NCBI GenBank assembly: GCA_963712665.1
Contig: CAVQIV010000010.1
Span: 135,291 to 199,290, forward strand
Direction: 5' to 3'
Source: Thermoanaerobaculaceae bacterium
GTDB taxonomy: Bacteria > Acidobacteriota > Thermoanaerobaculia > Multivoradales > UBA5704
DNA length: 64,000 nucleotides
The notes below the pieces were generated by a model, which had not been told where the DNA came from, searched no databases, and saw only the letters and a program-made list of their open reading frames with translations. This document shows positions 58,679 to 64,000 of the stretch, piece by piece (position 1 is the first letter of the stretch; each line of letters opens with the position of its first letter). The position numbers were made by a program, and so were the translations under genes.

Positions 58679-58866
58679 CTTCGAAGCCCTCATCACCCCG
58701 ACCCTCTTCTCCCAACCTCCCCCCCTTCCGCCGGGAGAAGAGGGAGAGGTTGGTCTTGAAAAAGCAAGAAGGCGGTTTTTGCCTTTGTAGGACTGACCGC
58801 TCCCCTCTCTCCCGGCCGGCGGGAGGGCGGCTGGGAGAGAGGGGTTGGGGGAGTGAGGGCCTCGAA
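58679..58866. repeat. Palindromic repeat family B, full copy
   Basis: CTTCGAAGCCCTCATCACCCCGACCCTCTTCTCCC...GGGAGAGAGGGGTTGGGGGAGTGAGGGCCTCGAAG between convergent genes. Confidence 0.85.
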
Positions 58867-58946
58867 GCGGCGGACAGAGGTCCTCCACCAGGTCGCTCGG
58901 CGTCACGAAACGGGCTCGCGGCAGATCTGCTTTCGAGGCACCCCTC

Positions 58947-59372
58947 CTAGAGGCACTTGGTGAGCCGGGGCTGGGCGTCCCGGGTGAGGAGGAAGGACCC
59001 GATCTCCTCGCCGGAGCTCAAGGTGACCGTCAGCTTCAGCGAGCCGCCCTTCACCTGGCCGTGGTAGCGGGCCGGCCGGCCCTCGTCCTGCTCGCCCTCC
59101 CGCACCGGTCCGCCATGCTCTGCCGTGTGGGTGCCTGTGGCCTCGAAGCGGCCTTCCCGGTCCGGGACCACGGGGTCGTCGATGGTGCCCTGGGCGCAGT
59201 CGTACTCGATGGCGGCTCCCTGGGCTGTGAAGGTGATGCCGATGTGCTCGCCGCCCCAACTCCCGATGAGGGGCTCGCCCTTGGTCTTGCCGGGACTGGC
59301 GGCCACACAGCCGATCCAGACGATCCAGACTACGGCCAGCAGCACGCTGCTCAGGATTCGGTTGCGGATCAT
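58947..59372 (-). CDS. Hypothetical lipoprotein
   Basis: WIGC lipobox-like; WGGEHI, IEYDCAQGTI, terminal KCL. Confidence 0.8.
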   Translation of the reverse strand: MIRNRILSSVLLAVVWIVWIGCVAASPGKTKGEPLIGSWGGEHIGITFTAQGAAIEYDCAQGTIDDPVVPDREGRFEATGTHTAEHGGPVREGEQDEGRPARYHGQVKGGSLKLTVTLSSGEEIGSFLLTRDAQPRLTKCL

Positions 59373-59434
59373 CTTTCCATTGTAATCCGAGACAGGCCGG
59401 CCCCCGGGAGCTCCCGGAGGCCGGCTGGAAAGGG

Positions 59435-62400
59435 CTACTGGTTGTGCGGCACGGTCACCGTGACGTTCTGGCTGCTGGAACGTCCCGCCTGGTCGGTGCA
59501 CGTGATGGTGATGGTGTAGACGCGGCCGCTGCCGTTGCCGGAGCGCTCGGAGCGCAACTGCACGTGGTGGTTGTCCACGATCACCCAGTCGGGGTCCGTG
59601 TCACCGTCGCCGGTGCCGTTGATGGGCTCGTTGCTGGCCACCGAGAGGCCGCAGGTGATGGCCGTGGAAGCCGAGCAGTTGTCGGACGTGGTGTAGGACA
59701 CCGTCACGTCGTCGTACTTGTGGTTCGGCGGCCACAGCGAAGTGGGAGACGCGGCGGCGCCGGTGATCGCCGGCCCCTGGACGTCGTTGACGGTGATGGG
59801 GAAGCTGCACGTGGTGGTGGAGCCGCTCTGGCGGGTGGCCGTGCAGACATCCGTGGTGGTCCCCAGCGGGAAGACCGAGTTGCTGGGCGGCACGCAGGCC
59901 AGGGTGCCGCACGAGCCGGTCACGCCCGGGAAGGGGAAGGTGACCGCGGCCTGGCAGACGTTGGGCTCGGTGCCGGCCGTGATGGGCGACGGGCAGGCGA
60001 GCGAGCACGCCTGGTTGCAGCAGACCGGGTCCGAGGTCTGGAAGTTGAGGCTCCAGCCGCCGGCGACGTTGCCGATGTCGCCACCGGCGTCGTCGGTGAC
60101 GTAGAGGCTCCAGGTGCCGTTGGCATTGACGCCCGAGAAGTCGGCCAGGGCCGAGCCGTAGGGGGCTGCCGGGGCCGGGGCCGGGAAGGTGTCGCCGGTG
60201 CCGGAGTTGGTGGGCCGGAAGGTGCCGGAGACGATCTGAGCCGAAACCGGCAGGGACGGCCCGGCGTCGTCGAAGGTCAGGGTGTTGTTGATCAGGTCGA
60301 AGCTGCTGCCGACGTCGGACATCAGCAGGATCTTCTGGCCTCCCGGTCCCACCAGCAGGACGTCGAGGTCGCCGGGGAAGGTGTGGTTCATGCGGGTGAG
60401 GGTCACCGTCACCTTGTTCACCGTGCCGGCGATGCCGGAGACGCTGATGGTGGACGGGTAGGGGCTCGCCGCTCCCGAGGTGATCGTGGGAGCGCCCGCC
60501 GGGATGGTGATCGAGGTAGCGTTGGCGAACGGTCCATAGGTGTTGCCGGCCGTGGTGCCGAGACGCAGGGGGAAGCTGATGTTGCCGAGGTCGAAGGGCC
60601 CGTCCTGCAGGTGGAGCGTGGCCGTGACGGTGCCGCCGCAGGTGCCCGCGGGCACGAAGCTGAAGGTCCGTGAGACGGCGGGAGCGCCGGCCTGCACCAC
60701 GCCGTAGGTCTGCGGCGGCCCGGGCTGCTGCACGCCGCCGGTGGGCAGGAGGTTGGCCACCAGGTTGGTGGTGTCGCCGCTGCCGGCGTTGACCAGGGCG
60801 AAGTCCACCTTCACCGATTCATCGGGATCGATGGCGGTGTTGGCGGGGGAGCAGCTCTCAGCCGTGACCGCGGAGCCCGCTCCCTGGGTCACCGGCGTGC
60901 CGGGGACGCCGCAACAGACGAAGACGCGTCGCGAGATCTCGAGCTGGAAGCAGAACAGGGTGCCGACGTCGAGGTTGGCGGTGTCGGCAATGCGCAGCTT
61001 CCAGGTGCCCGCCGAGAGCTTGCCGTTGAAGGCCGCGAGGGCCTGCTCGGGCCGGAAGGTACCGGCGAACGGAGCGGTGGCCGAGGTGATGGAGGCCGCC
61101 GCGGCGTCGTCGAAGATGGTGGGCTGGCCGGAGCAGTCGTTGGCGCCGGCGCCGTAGTTGTCGTCGCCGCCGCCGTTGGCGGAGGACAGGTCGATGACCG
61201 TGCCATCCGGGCCCACGAGGCTGATGTTCAGGTCGCCGTCGAAGGTGTGGTTCAGGCGGATGCGGACGTTGACGTCCGCGACCACGCCGACGTCGGGCAC
61301 GTTGAGCGGCACGTCCACCGTGCTCAGGTCGGGCAGCGGTACGCTGAGGTTACCGCTGCTGGTGGTGGCGGAGAGCGAGAACGGATTGAGCTGGCCCAGC
61401 GAGAAGCTGTAGGTCACGGTGCCGAGATCGGTGGCGCCGTCCTGGAGGTGCAAGGTGGCGGTCAGAGTGCCGCCGCAGGTGCCGGCGGCGACGAAGGTGA
61501 ACGGCCGCGACACGGCGGGGCCGCCCACGGTGAGCACGCCGTAGGTCTGCGGCGAGCCGGGGGAGGTGACGCCGCCCGTGGCCAGCAGGGTGGCCACGAG
61601 GTTGACCGAGTCGGCTGTGCCGATGTTCGAGAGCGGCAGGCTCACGGTCACCGTCTCGCCCGGGTCGATGGCGCCGTTGCCGGTGCCGCAGCTCTCGGCG
61701 TTGATGGTGGCGGTGCCCGCCTTGAGGATGGGCCGGCCCACGAGGGCGAAGTTCTGGGTAACGGTGCCGCCCGTCGGCACGGTCACCGTCGCCGTGGCCG
61801 TCGAGTAGCCGGGCGCCGAGGCCACCATGTTGTAGGTGCCGGCCGGCACCTTCATGGTGTAGCCGCCGGTCAAGCCGGTGATGCGGGAGTAGCCGTTGGT
61901 GGTGGCCACCGTGGCGCCGGGGATCGGCGCGCTGGTCACCGAGTTGACCACTACGCCGGTGATCGTGCCGGTGGCCGCCGGGGTGCAGGAGGGGAAGGTG
62001 AAGCGGCCGATGCCGGTCACCCAGCCGAAGCTGCTGGTGGCGGCGCTGGCGGACGTGTAGTACTCGGTGGTGTACCAGAAGGTGCAGTCGTCGTCGGGGT
62101 CGACCGACAGGGCCGAGTAGTCGCCCCAGCGCGACTGGGTGGCGGTCTGGGCGCCGGTGCCGGCGATCAGCACCGTCTCACCCTGGAACAGGCCGCCCGG
62201 CGGGTCGGTCGAGAGGCGGCCGGCATAGCGGATGGACGGGAACGAGGTCAGGCTGGAGGCGCTATAGCCCACGGCGAGGTTGCCGCTGCCGTCCATGGCG
62301 GCGCTCGGCATCCAGCGCTCGAGGCCGTCGGCGGGGGCGAAGGTCGCCTGCTCGTTGACCGTGAAGGAGCCGCCCGGCAGGCTGCGCCGCAGCTCGTAGT

Positions 62401-63697
62401 AGCGGACGCCGGCCCGCAGGTTGGCCGGCGTCGTGGGCGCCACACCGCTGACGTTCACCGTGTGGCTCGCCACCAGCGACTCGTAGGTTCCGAAGTTGCG
62501 GTACTGGAGACGGAACATGAGCCGGTCCATGATCGCGTCCAGGAAGGCCGAGCTGGTGGCCGGCGGCGGCTGCTCGATGTCGTCGCGGCCCGTCACCGAC
62601 CGGGGGTCGAAGGCGGCCACGGCGAGGGGGCTGTCCGCCCGCTCGGCGAAGGTGGAGGCAGCCGGGGTGGCGAAGCTCGGCCGGAATTCGAAGATGCGCA
62701 GCGAGTCGAACGGGTGGGCCGGATCGGCGAACTCGTCGGCCGTGAAGTAGATGAAATAGCCCGGCGCTCCGGCCGGCGGCGGGGTCAGGCCGTCGAGGTC
62801 CGCGGGCAGCATGCCGCCGATGTTGGCGTTGCCGTTCTCGACGTCGAAGTAGATCAAGCCCGCCGTGGGATCGCCGGCCAGCATCTTGGCGCGGTCGAAG
62901 GCGAAGGCGCCGGCGCCGAGGAAGACGGTGCCCGCCTGGTTGAACTGGTTGTCGGTCATGTAATAGGCATCGGTCCACACACCGAAATGGGGATAGTCGT
63001 TGAACTTGTTGTTCGGCATCACGAAGTCGTACAGGTAGTAGGCCCCGGCGGGGTCCGACGTCTTCGAGATGGCGATGAGCTGATGGGTGTTGGGGTTGGC
63101 CAGCGTGCAGAACTGGCTCATCAGCCAGCGGTCCGCCAGGGGATCGTAGAGCACGATGGGATCGCCGTCGTTGCGGTTGGCGCACCCGCCGGCAATGGTG
63201 GCGAACAGGCTGCCGAGGGTCAGCTTGGCAGTCACCGGATTGCCCGCCTTGTCATAGACCCGGAACAGGTTGTTCACCATCTGCACGTAGTTGTTGGGGC
63301 CGATGTCGCCCACGGTGTCCGGAGGCATGACCCGGCCGCCGAAGGCCGCCGCGTCGTCGTCGCTTGAAAGGCCGCTGAAGAACAGCGACGGCGAGGGCAC
63401 GAGCGTGGCGGGCGCCGACACCTGGGCCACCGGGTCCTCGGTCGCGGGAGCGTCGGGCAGCTCCGAGCGGAAGATCTTCAACGGCACGATCTTGACTTCC
63501 GTCGGGCCTTCCGTGGGTTTGTCCTCGCTCGGCGGCAGGTCTCTCAGCTCCGGCGACACGCCGAAGGCCGCGGCCTGCGAGACCGTGGGACCCTGAGCGC
63601 GGACCGCGGGGGCGGCCAGCAGCAGGGCCGCCAGCCCGAGGACGAGCACGGCGGCAAGCCGGCTCTTGGCGGAGAAGCGGTCAACATCCATCCCCAT
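59435..63697 (-). CDS. Large secreted multidomain protein (N-terminal propeller-like domain, carboxypeptidase-regulatory-like, two proprotein-convertase P domains, HYR-like)
   Basis: GAGGAGGT RBS, signal peptide, PPDTVGDIGPNNYVQMVN, RWGDYS, NHTF.GDL twice, GTW.L...D, LWPPNHK. Confidence 0.9.
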   Translation of the reverse strand: MGMDVDRFSAKSRLAAVLVLGLAALLLAAPAVRAQGPTVSQAAAFGVSPELRDLPPSEDKPTEGPTEVKIVPLKIFRSELPDAPATEDPVAQVSAPATLVPSPSLFFSGLSSDDDAAAFGGRVMPPDTVGDIGPNNYVQMVNNLFRVYDKAGNPVTAKLTLGSLFATIAGGCANRNDGDPIVLYDPLADRWLMSQFCTLANPNTHQLIAISKTSDPAGAYYLYDFVMPNNKFNDYPHFGVWTDAYYMTDNQFNQAGTVFLGAGAFAFDRAKMLAGDPTAGLIYFDVENGNANIGGMLPADLDGLTPPPAGAPGYFIYFTADEFADPAHPFDSLRIFEFRPSFATPAASTFAERADSPLAVAAFDPRSVTGRDDIEQPPPATSSAFLDAIMDRLMFRLQYRNFGTYESLVASHTVNVSGVAPTTPANLRAGVRYYELRRSLPGGSFTVNEQATFAPADGLERWMPSAAMDGSGNLAVGYSASSLTSFPSIRYAGRLSTDPPGGLFQGETVLIAGTGAQTATQSRWGDYSALSVDPDDDCTFWYTTEYYTSASAATSSFGWVTGIGRFTFPSCTPAATGTITGVVVNSVTSAPIPGATVATTNGYSRITGLTGGYTMKVPAGTYNMVASAPGYSTATATVTVPTGGTVTQNFALVGRPILKAGTATINAESCGTGNGAIDPGETVTVSLPLSNIGTADSVNLVATLLATGGVTSPGSPQTYGVLTVGGPAVSRPFTFVAAGTCGGTLTATLHLQDGATDLGTVTYSFSLGQLNPFSLSATTSSGNLSVPLPDLSTVDVPLNVPDVGVVADVNVRIRLNHTFDGDLNISLVGPDGTVIDLSSANGGGDDNYGAGANDCSGQPTIFDDAAAASITSATAPFAGTFRPEQALAAFNGKLSAGTWKLRIADTANLDVGTLFCFQLEISRRVFVCCGVPGTPVTQGAGSAVTAESCSPANTAIDPDESVKVDFALVNAGSGDTTNLVANLLPTGGVQQPGPPQTYGVVQAGAPAVSRTFSFVPAGTCGGTVTATLHLQDGPFDLGNISFPLRLGTTAGNTYGPFANATSITIPAGAPTITSGAASPYPSTISVSGIAGTVNKVTVTLTRMNHTFPGDLDVLLVGPGGQKILLMSDVGSSFDLINNTLTFDDAGPSLPVSAQIVSGTFRPTNSGTGDTFPAPAPAAPYGSALADFSGVNANGTWSLYVTDDAGGDIGNVAGGWSLNFQTSDPVCCNQACSLACPSPITAGTEPNVCQAAVTFPFPGVTGSCGTLACVPPSNSVFPLGTTTDVCTATRQSGSTTTCSFPITVNDVQGPAITGAAASPTSLWPPNHKYDDVTVSYTTSDNCSASTAITCGLSVASNEPINGTGDGDTDPDWVIVDNHHVQLRSERSGNGSGRVYTITITCTDQAGRSSSQNVTVTVPHNQ

Positions 63698-63889
63698 TGA
63701 TACACCTCCTCTTAAGGTGGAGAACCTCTAAAAGTGATGGTGCGCGAGACCCCCTCGAGCGAGCAGCGGAGGTTGAAGTGAGCAAGAAAGGAGAATCTGT
63801 CATTCCGGGTTGCCTTTCCCGGCCGTGATCCGTAAGGTATGCGGGGCCGAGGCTCATCGAGCCTCAAGAATGAAAGGAGACCTTAAAGA

Positions 63890-64000
63890 ATGACCAACCT
63901 GATCAGCGCTTCGACCCTGCGTCGGATCCTAGTCCTCAGCTTCCTCTTCGCGGTCCTGGCCTTCGCCCTGACCGTTACCACGCCGGTGACCAGCGCCGCT
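63890..64000 (+). CDS. 5' end of a secreted protein (runs off window edge)
   Basis: GAAAGGAG RBS; MTNLISASTLRRILVLSFLFAVLAFALTVTTPVTSAA signal-like sequence. Confidence 0.65.
   Translation, partial: MTNLISASTLRRILVLSFLFAVLAFALTVTTPVTSAA

Overview
GC-rich bacterial chromosomal window; the gene-family mix suggests Acidobacteriota of the Thermoanaerobaculia type (inference only). 1-19 kb is accessory: secreted proteins, an ApeA-like HEPN gene, a complete IS4-family element with a 9-bp target duplication, two tandem Cys/Ser/Thr-rich double-glycine RiPP precursors, a run of small minus-strand genes with decayed integron attC-like boundaries, two orphan VapB-like antitoxins and several REP/MITE-like palindromes. 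19-64 kb is more core-like: HerA-like ATPase, split 5-oxoprolinase, galK/galT/GH2, trmL, pabB/pabC-like, AAA+/VWA, trxB, sdaA, ferritin and a large secreted protein. The best candidate new system is at 50.2-55.4 kb: ECF sigma, membrane zinc anti-sigma, exported TPR-CHAT protease, 36-aa peptide and a second ECF sigma. The peptide and the second sigma share an identical bipartite upstream motif, CGCTAACCC-N15-GGATCTAC. Also notable: a DUF5678-like/retropepsin module, a third orphan RiPP precursor between an ATP-grasp ligase and a zincin peptidase, and three unrelated 21-bp tandem arrays. Several genes carry frameshifts that look like sequencing errors. No rRNA, tRNA or CRISPR array was seen. Family names come from motif recognition by eye, not from database searches.
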